NCBI GenBank assembly: GCA_964416095.1
Contig: CAYQCY010000001.1
Coordinates: 7,064 to 70,527 of the forward strand
Direction of reading: 5' to 3'
DNA length: 63,464 bases
From: an uncultured Gemmatimonadaceae bacterium
Lineage (GTDB): Bacteria > Gemmatimonadota > Gemmatimonadetes > Longimicrobiales > RSA9
Made by a program: the position numbers and the translations under genes. Under the pieces are notes generated by a model, which saw nothing but the letters and a program-made list of their open reading frames with translations, had not been told where the DNA came from and did no database searches. This document shows, piece after piece, positions 29,232 through 39,412 of the stretch. Within the stretch, counting starts at the first letter, position 1. Every line of letters begins with the position of its first letter.

Positions 29232-30182
29232 ATGCCAGATCACAGCTTTCGGGGTCCGCTGCTGTTGCTGTCGGGGACGGCGAACCGACCGCTGGCGGAG
29301 CAGATCGCGGAGTACATCGGGATTCCGCTGGGGGACGTGACCCTGTCCCGGTTCGCGGACGGCGAGATCTTCGTGCGGCTGAACCAGAACGCCCGGGGCC
29401 GGGATGTGTTCATCATCCAGCCCACGCCGCCGCCGGCGGAGAACATCATGGAGCTGCTGCTCATGATCGACGCGGCGAAGCGGGCATCCGCGGCGCGGGT
29501 CGGTGTGGTCATGCCGTACTACGGGTACGCGCGGCAGGACCGGAAGGACCAGCCGCGGGTGGCGATCGGGGCGAAGTTGGTGTCGAACATCATCCAGGCG
29601 GCGGGTGCGGACCGGCTGCTGGGGATGGACTTCCATACGCATCAGCTCCAGGGCTTCTTCGACATCCCGGTGGACCACCTGTACGCCGCCCCGGTGCTGA
29701 CGCGGCACTTCGCGGAGATGGAGCTGGAGGACCCGGTGGTGGTGGCGCCGGACGTGGGCGCGGCGAAGATGGCCCGGGGCTTCGCCCGGCGCATCGATGC
29801 GAGCTTCGCCATCATCGACAAGCGGCGCCCGAGCCACAACGTGGCGGAGGTGCTGACGGTGGTCGGCGAGGTGGAGGGGCGGAACTGCGTCGTCGTGGAC
29901 GACATGATCGACACGGCGGGCACGATGACCGGGGTGCTGGAGGCGCTCCATGAGCGGGGCGCGGCGCGGATCTTCGTGGCGGCGACGCACCCGTTGCTGT
30001 CGGGCCCGGCGCGGGACCGGCTGCAGGGATCGCCGGCGGAAGCCGTCGTGGTGACGAACACGCTGTACGTGCCGGAGGAGCACCGGTTCCCGAAGCTGAA
30101 GGTGCTGTCCATCGCCGAGCTGCTGGCGAGGGCGATCCGGTACACGCATTCGAACGAGTCGGTGAGTCAGCTTTTCGACTGA
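29232..30182 (+). CDS. prs: Ribose-phosphate pyrophosphokinase
   Basis: FADGEI, PYYGYARQDRK, DFHTHQLQGFF, VAPDVG, DDMIDTAGT. Confidence 0.98.
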   Translation: MPDHSFRGPLLLLSGTANRPLAEQIAEYIGIPLGDVTLSRFADGEIFVRLNQNARGRDVFIIQPTPPPAENIMELLLMIDAAKRASAARVGVVMPYYGYARQDRKDQPRVAIGAKLVSNIIQAAGADRLLGMDFHTHQLQGFFDIPVDHLYAAPVLTRHFAEMELEDPVVVAPDVGAAKMARGFARRIDASFAIIDKRRPSHNVAEVLTVVGEVEGRNCVVVDDMIDTAGTMTGVLEALHERGAARIFVAATHPLLSGPARDRLQGSPAEAVVVTNTLYVPEEHRFPKLKVLSIAELLARAIRYTHSNESVSQLFD

Positions 30183-30196
30183 GGAGACCAGAGGAC

Positions 30197-30898
30197 ATGG
30201 CAGAGACCGCGAGTCTGAAGGCCGAGCCGCGGAAGGAGACGGGGAAGGGCGCGGCGCGCAGGATGCGGCGGGACGGCCGGATCCCCGCGGTGGTGTACGG
30301 GCGGCAGGAGGAGACCCGCCACCTGAGCGTGGACGCCAACGACTTCGAGACGCTGATGCGTCACGTGTCGCTGGAGAACACGCTGGTGGACCTGGACATC
30401 AAGGGCAAGCGGGGGAAGATCAAGACGCTGGTCGGTGAGATCCAGACACACCCGTTCAAGCCCGAGGTGCTGCACATCGACTTCCTGCAGATCCATGCGG
30501 GCGAGAAGGTCCACGTGCAGGTCCCGATCCGGCTGGTGGGCAGCCCCCAGGGTGTGAAGGAAGGCGGCGTGCTGCAGCACGTGCTCCAGGAGCTGGAGAT
30601 CGTGTGCGTGGCGGAGGCGATCCCCGAGGCCATCGAGGTGGACGTCTCGGCCATGGAGGTGGGCGATTCGCTGCACGTGTCCGACCTCGCGATTCCGGAG
30701 GGTTCGGAGGTGCAGATCGAGGAGTCGCGTACGGTGGCCAACGTGGCGATTCCGCGGATCATCGAAGAGGAGCCGGAAGAGGAGGAGCTGGAAGCTCTGG
30801 AGCCGGAGCTCATCGGCGAGGAAGGCGAGGAGGTCGAGGGCGAGGCGCCGGAGGAAGCCGAGGGCCCGGAAGGCGAGCCCGAGGCGGAAGCCGAGTAG
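30197..30898 (+). CDS. rplY: 50S ribosomal protein L25/general stress protein Ctc
   Basis: GKGAARRMRRDGRIPAVVYG, HIDF, GGVLQH; acidic tail. Confidence 0.96.
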   Translation: MAETASLKAEPRKETGKGAARRMRRDGRIPAVVYGRQEETRHLSVDANDFETLMRHVSLENTLVDLDIKGKRGKIKTLVGEIQTHPFKPEVLHIDFLQIHAGEKVHVQVPIRLVGSPQGVKEGGVLQHVLQELEIVCVAEAIPEAIEVDVSAMEVGDSLHVSDLAIPEGSEVQIEESRTVANVAIPRIIEEEPEEEELEALEPELIGEEGEEVEGEAPEEAEGPEGEPEAEAE

Positions 30899-31462
30899 GT
30901 GTTCGTCGTCTGCGGGCTCGGCAACCCGGGCCCGGAGTACGACGCCACCCGGCACAATGTAGGCTGGTGGGTCGTCGACCGCTTGAGCGCGGACTGGAGT
31001 CTGGGACCGTTCCGACGGGAAAACCGGGCACTGGTGGCGGAAGGGCGTGTCGGCGACCATTTTGTTCGGCTCATGAAGCCGCGGATGTACATGAACCGGA
31101 GCGGTGCGGCGCTGGCACCGCTCCGTGGACTGGACGGCTTCCGTATCGGCCGCGACCTGCTCGTGGTCGTGGACGACGCCGCGCTGGATGTGGGCCGGGT
31201 GCGGTTCCGGTCGGGCGGCAGCGCCGGAGGCCACAACGGGCTCCGGTCGGTGGAAGCGGCGCTCGGGACGCAGGACTATGCCCGGCTGCGCATCGGGGTG
31301 GGCCCGGTCCCGCCGGGGGAGGACATGGCGGACTTCGTCCTGTCCGAGCCCCCGGCGGACGAGGAGGACCGGCTCGTGGCGCTGTTGCCCGAGCTGACGG
31401 ACGCGGTCCGCGCCTGGCTCGACGAGGGCGTGGAGGCCGCGATGAATCGGTTCAACCGGTAG
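30899..31462 (+). CDS. pth: Peptidyl-tRNA hydrolase
   Basis: GLGNPG, TRHNVG, KP-x-MYMN-x-SG, [15 protein letters not shown]. Confidence 0.97.
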   Translation: MFVVCGLGNPGPEYDATRHNVGWWVVDRLSADWSLGPFRRENRALVAEGRVGDHFVRLMKPRMYMNRSGAALAPLRGLDGFRIGRDLLVVVDDAALDVGRVRFRSGGSAGGHNGLRSVEAALGTQDYARLRIGVGPVPPGEDMADFVLSEPPADEEDRLVALLPELTDAVRAWLDEGVEAAMNRFNR

Positions 31463-31550
31463 AAGCCGTGCCGGGGCCGGTTGTTGGATCGCAGGAGGCA
31501 GGAGCGGAGATCGGACACAACACGAACATGCGACAAATCCGGAGGCACAG

Positions 31551-33680
31551 GTGATGACCGAACTGGTGGCGTGGACGCAGTGGGCGGCGCCCCTCGGGGC
31601 ACTCGGCCTGCTGGTGGCGCTGGGCTTGTACCTGTATGTGCTGAGCCAGTCCACGGGTACGGACCTCATGCGGGATCTCGCGGAGAAGATCCACGAGGGC
31701 GCCATGGCGTTCCTCAAGCGCGAGTACTCGGTGCTCGTGATATTCGTGATCATCGTGGCCATCCTGCTCGGGTTGGCCATTGGTCGTAATACGGCCTTCG
31801 CGTACATCACGGGCGCCCTGAGCTCGGTGCTGGCCGGCTTCTTCGGCATGGAGGCGGCGACCCGGGCCAACGTCCGGACGACGGCGGCGGCGAGCGAGTC
31901 GGGGCAGGGCAAGGCGCTACGGGTGGCCTTCTTCGGCGGCTCGGTCATGGGCCTGTCGGTGGCGTCGCTGGGGCTGCTCGGCATCGGCATCTGGTACTGG
32001 GTCTTCGGGGCGGGCGCGCTCACCGACCCGGAATTCCGCTTCTTCGCCGAGGTGGTGAGCGGGTTCGCCATGGGCGCGAGCACCATCGCGCTGTTCGCGC
32101 GTGTGGGCGGCGGGATCTACACGAAGGCGGCGGATGTCGGCGCCGACCTGGTGGGCAAGGTCGAGGCGGGCATTCCGGAGGACGACCCGCGCAACCCGGC
32201 GACCATCGCGGACAACGTCGGTGACAACGTCGGCGACGTGGCCGGCATGGGCGCCGACATCTTCGAGTCGTACGTCGGCAGCATCATCGCCACCATCGCC
32301 CTCGGCGCCTCCAGCTCGCTCTACGCGGCGAACCGGCCGGAGGCCATTGCCTTGCCCATCATCACGGTCATGCTGGGCCTGCTGGCTTCCCTGGTGGGGA
32401 TCGCGCTCATGAAGGTGCTGGAGCGGATGTCGCCGGCATCGGCCCTGCGCAACGCCACGTTCATCGCGGCGGCGCTGTTCCTCATCGTCATCTACTTCGT
32501 CGTGAGGGGGATGGGCTTCGAGATCTTCGATCCGGTGACCGCCAAGGCGTACGGGCCAACCGGTCCGTTCTGGGCGATCCTGGTCGGCACGCTGGTGGGG
32601 ATCTTCATCGGCCTGGCGACGGAATACTACACGGGCGGGAAGCCCATCCGCAGCATCGCCGAGTCCAGTGAGACGGGGGCGGCGACGAACATCATCCACG
32701 GCCTGGCCGTGGGGATGGAGTCGGCGGCGTTGCCGGTGCTGGCCATCGCGCTGGCCATCGGCGTCTCCCACACCTTCGCCGGCTTGTACGGCATCGGCAT
32801 CGCGGCGGTGGGCATGCTCGCCACCGTGGGCGTGACCATGTCGGTGGACGCGTACGGTCCCATCGCGGACAACGCCGGCGGCATCTCGGAGATGAGCGGG
32901 CTGGGCCCGGAGGTCCGGAGCATCACGGACGGGCTCGACGCGCTGGGCAACACGACAGCCGCCATGGGCAAGGGCTTCGCCATCGGCTCGGCGGCGTTGA
33001 CGGCGCTGGCCCTGTTCAGCGCCTACGCCACTGCCGTGGGGATCCGGGGTGAGGGCCTCAACATCATCAATCCCGAGGTCACCATCGGCCTGCTCATCGG
33101 CGGGATCCTGGTCTTCTTCATCTCCTCGCTGACCATGCGGGCGGTGGGCCGCGCGGCCAGCGGCATGGTGGCCGAGGTACGGCGCCAGTTCCGGGAGATC
33201 CCGGGCATCATGGAAGGCACCGGTGAGCCGGACAGCAAGCGGTGCGTCGACATCTCCACCCGGGCCGCGCTCCGGGAGATGGTGCTGCCGGGCCTCACGG
33301 CGATCATCGTGCCCGTCGTGGTGGGCTACTTCAGCATCTACGCCCTCGGCGGCCTGCTGGCCGGCGCCACCGTCACCGGCGTGCTCATGGCCCTCTTCAT
33401 GGCCAACGCCGGCGGGGCGTGGGACAACGCCAAGAAGTACATCGAGAAGGGCGCCCACGGCGGCAAGGGCTCCGAGCCCCACAAGGCCGCGGTGGTGGGC
33501 GACACCGTGGGCGATCCGTTCAAGGACACCTCGGGCCCGTCGCTGAACATCCTGATCAAGCTCATGGGCGTCGTGGCGCTGGTGCTGGCCCCGTGGTTCG
33601 CACGGGTCCACGCCGAGAACGACACCGTGGGCATGGTCATCGACGCCCTCGAAACGGCGTTCCACGCCCTGTTCGGCTGA
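31551..33680 (+). CDS. hppA: Membrane-bound sodium-translocating pyrophosphatase (K+-dependent type)
   Basis: [53 protein letters not shown]. Confidence 0.95.
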   Translation: MMTELVAWTQWAAPLGALGLLVALGLYLYVLSQSTGTDLMRDLAEKIHEGAMAFLKREYSVLVIFVIIVAILLGLAIGRNTAFAYITGALSSVLAGFFGMEAATRANVRTTAAASESGQGKALRVAFFGGSVMGLSVASLGLLGIGIWYWVFGAGALTDPEFRFFAEVVSGFAMGASTIALFARVGGGIYTKAADVGADLVGKVEAGIPEDDPRNPATIADNVGDNVGDVAGMGADIFESYVGSIIATIALGASSSLYAANRPEAIALPIITVMLGLLASLVGIALMKVLERMSPASALRNATFIAAALFLIVIYFVVRGMGFEIFDPVTAKAYGPTGPFWAILVGTLVGIFIGLATEYYTGGKPIRSIAESSETGAATNIIHGLAVGMESAALPVLAIALAIGVSHTFAGLYGIGIAAVGMLATVGVTMSVDAYGPIADNAGGISEMSGLGPEVRSITDGLDALGNTTAAMGKGFAIGSAALTALALFSAYATAVGIRGEGLNIINPEVTIGLLIGGILVFFISSLTMRAVGRAASGMVAEVRRQFREIPGIMEGTGEPDSKRCVDISTRAALREMVLPGLTAIIVPVVVGYFSIYALGGLLAGATVTGVLMALFMANAGGAWDNAKKYIEKGAHGGKGSEPHKAAVVGDTVGDPFKDTSGPSLNILIKLMGVVALVLAPWFARVHAENDTVGMVIDALETAFHALFG

Positions 33681-33746
33681 GCACGACGCGGGCCCTGGCC
33701 GGCCGCCCGGGCTGAGCGGGCGGCCGGCGTTCGCCGGCGAGCTCTC

Positions 33747-33909
33747 AGCCGTCAGCGGTCAGCACCGACCACGCGGTGTGGGAAGGCATCTCGGCGGGAG
33801 GGCCGCCTTCATCGCGTAAGCCTCTCGAGCGCTTCGCGTTGCGGGTGGTCTTCCCGCCGTTTAATGTCCATGCGATGGACACGGCTCTGACTGCTGACCG
33901 CTGACGGCT
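33747..33909. repeat. Intergenic element bounded by perfect 18-bp inverted heptamer-based arms
   Basis: AGCCGTCAGCGGTCAGCA (33747-33764) and its exact reverse complement TGCTGACCGCTGACGGCT (33892-33909). Confidence 0.85.
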
Positions 33910-33917
33910 ATCCCATC

Positions 33918-35114
33918 ATGGCCACCCGGTTCGACGCCGCGATCGCATTCGCCCAGGACCTGATCCGTATCCCGAGCCCGCCCGGCGACGAGGGCGCCGT
34001 GGCGGCCAGGGTGCTGGAAGAGTATCGCCGGCTCGGGTTCCGGCGGGCCTGGCAGGACGAGGTGGGCAACGTCATCGGTGTCGTGGCGGGGCGTGGTGAG
34101 GCGCCGCCGGTCATGCTGAGCTGTCACCTCGACGTGGTGGACCCGGGCGACCCGTCGGCCTGGGAGCACCCGCCGTACGGCGCCGTCATCGCAGACGGCT
34201 TCCTGCACGGCCGCGGCGCCATGGACATCAAGGGGCCGCTTGCCCTCCAGACCCACGCCGCGGCGACCTTCCTGGACGACCCGCCGCTTGGCGACATCAT
34301 CGTGGCCCATACGGTGCTCGAGGAGCGGGGTGGCTGGGGGATGGCCCACCTGCTGGAGTCGGGCGTGGTGGAGCCGGGCGTCGTCATCATCGGCGAGTCC
34401 ACCCACGGAGACATCGCCATCGGCCACCGGGGCCGGGCGGAGCTGGAGGTGGCCATCGAAGGTACGGCGGGGCATGCCAGCGCGCCGGATCGGGCGGCGA
34501 ACGCCCTGGACGCTCTGCCCGCCGTCCTGGATGCCGTGCGGGAGCTGCCGGATGCCGTCCTCACCGACGAGGACCCGGTCCTGGGCCGGGCCAGCCTGGT
34601 GGCGACCCAGGTCGAGGTCCGACCGGCCAGCCGCAACGTCATCCCGGACGACGTGCGGGTCTACCTGGACTGGCGCATGCTGCCCGGCAGGACCCAGGAC
34701 GATGCTGTGGCCGCCGTCCGTGACTTCCTCCGGGACCGGGTCCGGGTGCCGGACGGCCTGCACATGAGCGTGGACTTCGCCCGGGAGCGGCAGCACACCC
34801 ACACCGGGCTCGAGGAGCTCCGCGACCTCTTCACGCCCGGCTTCCTGGTGGCCGCGGACGACCCCCTCGTCCGGGCAGCCGCCGAAACCGTCCACACCTC
34901 CACGGGCCGGAAGCCCACCGTCCGGCCCTGGGCCTTCGCCACCGACGGTGGCCACGCCTGCGGCGTCCACGGCATCGCCGCCTTCGGCTATGCCCCCGGC
35001 GAGGAGCGTCACGCCCATACGAACGTGGAGAGGCTGGAGCTGGCGGAAGCCGAGGCCGCGTTCCTGGCGTACCCCGAGGTGATCCGGTCGCTGTTCGGGG
35101 TTTTGGGCGAGTAG
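33918..35114 (+). CDS. M20/M25/M40 family metallohydrolase (ArgE/DapE/YgeY-like)
   Basis: CHLDVV, GRGAMDIKG, EE, GE, C-terminal His (HAHT). Confidence 0.9.
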   Translation: MATRFDAAIAFAQDLIRIPSPPGDEGAVAARVLEEYRRLGFRRAWQDEVGNVIGVVAGRGEAPPVMLSCHLDVVDPGDPSAWEHPPYGAVIADGFLHGRGAMDIKGPLALQTHAAATFLDDPPLGDIIVAHTVLEERGGWGMAHLLESGVVEPGVVIIGESTHGDIAIGHRGRAELEVAIEGTAGHASAPDRAANALDALPAVLDAVRELPDAVLTDEDPVLGRASLVATQVEVRPASRNVIPDDVRVYLDWRMLPGRTQDDAVAAVRDFLRDRVRVPDGLHMSVDFARERQHTHTGLEELRDLFTPGFLVAADDPLVRAAAETVHTSTGRKPTVRPWAFATDGGHACGVHGIAAFGYAPGEERHAHTNVERLELAEAEAAFLAYPEVIRSLFGVLGE

Positions 35115-35163
35115 CGTTGCCCAGTCCCCCAGTCACCGTCCGCGACACGAGCGAGCCCCGGCC

Positions 35164-35679
35164 CTACGAGCCCGTTCCATGGATCATCTGCGTGAGCGCG
35201 GGCACGAGGCCCATCAGCCTGGCGTACACGGTGAGTTGTCCACGGTGGTACTCCTCGTGGGCGATGTGGTGGTCGAGCCAGGCCAGCCGGGTGCCCTCCT
35301 TACCGTCGAAGCGACGGATGGGGGCGAGCATGGCCAGCTCGCCGGCGGCGCGGAAGGCCGTGTCGCCGGCTTCGTGGGTCGAGCGGAGCAACGCGATGAG
35401 CTCGTCCTTCGACGCGTCCTCCGGCAGCGTTCCGGCGTGTTCCCGCATGTGGTCCTGGAAGTCCTGTCGCGCGAAGTCGCCGTCTGGGTCGGTGAGCTCA
35501 CCCACCGCCATCTTGCCGGACCCCACAATGTGGATGATGAGCTCCCGCACGCTGCGCACCTCGTCGGTCGGTCGGAAGCCCATGCCGTCGTCGGGCATGT
35601 TCTCCAGCTCCGCGATGAGACCCCGGCGCGTGAAGTGCCAGGCATCGAGGCGCTCGTCCAGCAGTGTCTCGATCTCCAT
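35164..35679 (-). CDS. DinB family protein
   Basis: FRPT...RSVRELIIHI, HHIAHEEYHRGQL; ATG at 35679 behind GGAGAGG. Confidence 0.88.
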   Translation of the reverse strand: MEIETLLDERLDAWHFTRRGLIAELENMPDDGMGFRPTDEVRSVRELIIHIVGSGKMAVGELTDPDGDFARQDFQDHMREHAGTLPEDASKDELIALLRSTHEAGDTAFRAAGELAMLAPIRRFDGKEGTRLAWLDHHIAHEEYHRGQLTVYARLMGLVPALTQMIHGTGS

Positions 35680-35863
35680 AACCTCTCCCGGTTGCATGTG
35701 TACGCACGTTGACTCGCACGACGCGCGGCGCCCGGCTGCCGGGCCCTGGAAGCCGGGCACCGCCGTACGCGGCGATGCATCCGGATGGAACGGCTGTGCG
35801 AGGGATGGGGGTACCGCTAACTTATGCGGTGATGGCGCGACTCGCACGTAGAAGCGGAGTTCC

Positions 35864-36979
35864 ATGCCGAACCTGAAGCTGGGCATCGTCGGGCTGCCCA
35901 ACGTGGGCAAGTCGACGCTGTTCAACGCGCTGACCGCCGCGGCCGCCGCCGCCGACAACTACCCGTTCTGCACGGTGGACCCCAACGTGGGCGTCGTGGA
36001 GGTGCCGGACCCACGCGTGGACTTCCTGTTCGAGCACTCGAAAGCGCGGGAGCGGGTCCCGGCGACGACGACCTTCGTGGACATCGCCGGCCTGGTGGAG
36101 GGCGCGTCCCACGGTGAAGGCCTCGGGAACAAGTTCCTGGCGAACATCCGTGAGGTGGACGCCATCGTCCATGTGGTGCGCTGCTTCGACGACCCGGACA
36201 TCGCCCACGTGCTGGGCGACGTGGACCCGGTGCGGGACCGGGCCATCGTGAACACCGAGCTGGCGCTGGCGGACCTCCAGACCGTGGAGAAACGGCTGGA
36301 GCGGGTGGAGAAGGTCGGCCGGAGCGGCGACCGGGACGCGAAGGCGGAAGCGTCGCTCTTGCGACGTCTGCACGAGATGCTGTCGGAAGGGAGAACGGCC
36401 CGGCTGGTGGAGCCGGAGAACGAGTCGGAGGCGCGGCTCATCCGTACCTACCAGCTCCTCACGGAGAAGCCGGAGCTGTACGTGGCCAACGTCACGGAGG
36501 ACGAGTTCCTGGGCGACCCGGCGCAGAACGCCCACGTGCGGGCGCTGCGTGAAGCCGTCGAGGCCGGCGCCGAAGCCGCGGACGTTGTGGAGCTCGCGGC
36601 CGAGCTCGAAGCGGAGCTCCTGGCGCTGGAGGAGGACGAGCGTCGCGAGTACCTGGAAGAGCTGGGGCTCCACGAGCCCGGGCTCCACCGCCTCATTCGG
36701 GCGGGCTACGACCTGCTGGGCCTCATCAGCTTCTTCACGACGAACGAGAAGCAGGCCACCGCCTGGACCGTCCGGCGAGGCACACGGGCGCCCGAGGCCG
36801 CCGGCGAGATCCACACCGACTTCCAGCGTGGCTTCATCCGGGCCGAGACCATTTCCTGGGAGGACTTCGCGGCCGCCGGGTCCGAGAAGGCCGCCCGGGA
36901 GGAGGGCCTGGTCCGGAGCGAAGGCAAAGACTACGTCGTGCAGGACGGGGACGTCATCCTGTTCCGGTTCAACGTCTGA
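35864..36979 (+). CDS. ychF: Redox-regulated ATPase YchF
   Basis: [35 protein letters not shown] end. Confidence 0.98.
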   Translation: MPNLKLGIVGLPNVGKSTLFNALTAAAAAADNYPFCTVDPNVGVVEVPDPRVDFLFEHSKARERVPATTTFVDIAGLVEGASHGEGLGNKFLANIREVDAIVHVVRCFDDPDIAHVLGDVDPVRDRAIVNTELALADLQTVEKRLERVEKVGRSGDRDAKAEASLLRRLHEMLSEGRTARLVEPENESEARLIRTYQLLTEKPELYVANVTEDEFLGDPAQNAHVRALREAVEAGAEAADVVELAAELEAELLALEEDERREYLEELGLHEPGLHRLIRAGYDLLGLISFFTTNEKQATAWTVRRGTRAPEAAGEIHTDFQRGFIRAETISWEDFAAAGSEKAAREEGLVRSEGKDYVVQDGDVILFRFNV

Positions 36980-37044
36980 CGACGCCGGCGAGGCCCCGGT
37001 TCCGGTGTTGACGCAGGCTGCGCGGCTCGGCGAGGTCCGGACTC

Positions 37045-37238
37045 GAACACGGAGGACGGAGAGGACGGGGAGCGGCGAAGCCGCCACCGACGTGGACAAG
37101 GCAGGGTTCCGATTCAATGGTGAACCGGCGGACGCCGGGCACGCGGCGGCTACGCGCGTGCCCCGGGCTTCTGCGGGCTTTTCGCGCCTTCACGGCTCCA
37201 CGTGAGTATTCTCCCCGTCCTCTGCGTCCTCCCTGTTC
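37045..37238. repeat. Intergenic element bounded by 28-bp imperfect inverted repeats (26/28)
   Basis: GAACACGGAGGACGGAGAGGACGGGGAG (37045-37072) vs reverse complement of 37211-37238 GAACAGGGAGGACGCAGAGGACGGGGAG; internal hairpin 37137-37163. Confidence 0.85.
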
Positions 37239-37657
37239 ATCGTCCAGCGACGCGCGCACGCCGCGAAGCCGGCCGCCCGCCGGGCCTCGAACCCGTTGGC
37301 CGTGACGAACGCACCGCTGAACCGGATCGGACGGCCCTCCGTCGTGACGTTGACCGTCCCGCCGTGGGTCGCCGCCAGCGCCTCGAACGACTTCTGCTGG
37401 TCCCGGAAGTCCAGGTAGTCCCGGTACGTCACGCCCATCCGCTCGAACCCTTCGGTCGGGTCCGTCCGGTCCAGGCGCATGACCCGCTCGCCGTCCGGGA
37501 AGGGCAGCCCGCGGTAGAGGGCGCCGTGTACGATGCTGAACATGAAGGCGGTGGACCCGATGCCCAGGGCCATGGTGGCCACCGCCATCGCCGTGATGCC
37601 CGGGTTGGCCCGGAGGCCGCGGGCAGCAAGCTTCAACTCGTGGTTGAGCCCGGTCAT
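37190..37657 (-). pseudogene. 5' fragment of ADOP/MacB-like ABC transporter permease
   Basis: ELKLAARGLRANPG...TMALGIG...FSIVHGALYRGLPFPDGER...YRDYLDFRDQ..SFE matches the N-terminus of this permease family (normally about 800 aa); similarity stops near FVTANGFE and the frame runs into the repeat arm. Confidence 0.8.
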
Positions 37658-37821
37658 GGCTCGTCCTCGTCTGCCCCCGGCACGGTGGGGTCGGCGCCGA
37701 GGGCGCCGGCGGGGCCGGAGCCCCGCCTGCGGGCACTACGGGAGATGGACGGGCCAGGTTTCCGGTGGATCGGACCCGCCCCGGCCGCTGGACCACGGCC
37801 CGGCCGTCGTGGCGCGCGGGC

Positions 37822-37850
37822 TTTACGAAGACCGGCAACCTCTGTATCCT
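37822..37850 (+). promoter_or_regulatory. Candidate promoter of rpsF operon
   Basis: TTTACG-17 bp-TATCCT. Confidence 0.5.
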
Positions 37851-37910
37851 TACAGGCTTTCGTCCTGCTCCGCCCGAGCGGAGCCGTCCGAGACCACAGG
37901 AGGAAGGACC

Positions 37911-38276
37911 GTGAAGGACTACGAGATCGTCTACATCTTCGACTCGTTGGTCGACGAGGAGAAGGTGAAGGAGAAGCTGGACCGCTACCACGAGCTGCTG
38001 ACCGACGACGGCGAGATCACGGCCGTCGACCACTGGGGCAAGCGGCAGCTCGCCTACCCCATCGAAGGCAAGGAAGCGGGCAACTACGTCGTCGTGCAGT
38101 TCCGTACGGCGGCGGAGGCGCTGCCGGAGTTCGAGCGGCTGCTCAAGCTGGACGACGAGCTGCTGCGCTACCTGATCGTGCTGAGCGAAGGCGAGCCGAC
38201 GGCGCCGATGTCCATCGCGACGCGCGAGCCTCGCGACCACGGCGACGAGGACGACGACGAGGACGAGGAGGACTAG
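37911..38276 (+). CDS. rpsF: 30S ribosomal protein S6
   Basis: YEIVYI, WGKRQLAYPI, GNYVV; GTG start after AGGAGG. Confidence 0.97.
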   Translation: MKDYEIVYIFDSLVDEEKVKEKLDRYHELLTDDGEITAVDHWGKRQLAYPIEGKEAGNYVVVQFRTAAEALPEFERLLKLDDELLRYLIVLSEGEPTAPMSIATREPRDHGDEDDDEDEED

Positions 38277-38498
38277 ATGGCACGTCGTCACAAGGTGTGT
38301 CCGCTGTGCGAGCAGGGCATACGCCAGATCAACTACAAGGATGAGAAGACGGTGAGCCGGTTCGTGACGGACGCGGGCAAGATCCTGCCGCGGCGTCTCA
38401 CCGGCACGTGCGCGCGGCACCAGCGGCAGGTCGGGACGGCGGTCAAGCGTGCGCGCTACCTTGCGCTGATCCCGTACGCCCACAGCAGCGAGATCTGA
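38277..38498 (+). CDS. rpsR: 30S ribosomal protein S18 (Zn-binding C+ form)
   Basis: KVCPLC, INYKD, GKILPRRLTGTCARHQR, AVKRAR. Confidence 0.97.
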   Translation: MARRHKVCPLCEQGIRQINYKDEKTVSRFVTDAGKILPRRLTGTCARHQRQVGTAVKRARYLALIPYAHSSEI

Positions 38499-38500
38499 CC

Positions 38501-39412
38501 ATGGCGGCCAGCCCCGGCTGGCTGACGTTCGCCGGCCTGGCGCTGGCGGTCCTGACCTTCTCGGTGGTGCACCCGGTGCTGCTGGTGCTGGTGCCGGTGG
38601 GCCTGCTGCTGCTGGCTCTGGGTCCCCGTCGGCCGCAGCTCGTGACGCTGGGACTGCTTCTGGTGGGTCTGGTCCTGGTGGGGGCCCGGGATATGCTCTG
38701 GTATGCGGAGCGTGGCTGGATCCTGGTGCTGGGCGCGTGGTTCGTCACCGTGGTCGCGCTCTGGCCCGGCCGGTCGTTCCTGGCCCGGGGCCTGGGCGCG
38801 GTGGGCGCGGCCACGGCGACGGCGGGCACGGTCATGCTGCTCCGGCAAGACGGCTGGCGGCAGCTCGACTGGACCGTGACGCGGACGTTCCGGCAGACGG
38901 CGGCCACGGTGGCGGTGGAGATGAGCGATCCGGGCACGGGTGGCGGGCTGGTGGACGTGCTGGACCGGGCCGCGGCGCTGCAGGCCCATCTCTACCCGTC
39001 GCTGCTGGCACTGGGCTCGCTGGCCGCCCTGGCGTTGGCCTGGTGGATCTACCGCCGGCTGGTGGCGGGGGAGACACCGCTGGCGCCGCTCAGGGAGTTC
39101 CGGTTCCGGGACGAGCTGGTGTGGCTGCTCATTGCCGGTCTCGCGCTGCTGGTCTTCCCGCTCGGCGAAGCGGCGCTGCGAGCGGGTTCGAACGTGACCG
39201 CCTTCATGGCGGTGCTGTACGCCCTACGGGGCCTCGCCGTCCTGGTGGCGCTGGTGGGGGTGCCGGGGCCCGGCACGATCGTGCTGGCGGTGGTGGTTGG
39301 ATTGATCCTGTACCCGGTGGTCATGACGGCGACGCTGCTCGTCGGGCTGTCGGACACATGGCTGGACCTCCGGGCCCGGGCGGGGTCCGGCACGGAAGGA
39401 GCGAATCGATGA
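38501..39412 (+). CDS. DUF2232/YybS family membrane protein
   Basis: Polytopic hydrophobic protein in the typical rpsR-rplI slot; C-terminal GLSDTWLDLR. Confidence 0.8.
   Translation: MAASPGWLTFAGLALAVLTFSVVHPVLLVLVPVGLLLLALGPRRPQLVTLGLLLVGLVLVGARDMLWYAERGWILVLGAWFVTVVALWPGRSFLARGLGAVGAATATAGTVMLLRQDGWRQLDWTVTRTFRQTAATVAVEMSDPGTGGGLVDVLDRAAALQAHLYPSLLALGSLAALALAWWIYRRLVAGETPLAPLREFRFRDELVWLLIAGLALLVFPLGEAALRAGSNVTAFMAVLYALRGLAVLVALVGVPGPGTIVLAVVVGLILYPVVMTATLLVGLSDTWLDLRARAGSGTEGANR

Noticed and set aside
29022-30149. Upstream part of ORF 27846-30149
   Set aside because: Antisense shadow of prs; the real gene starts near 29021 behind an AGGAG RBS and a signal peptide.
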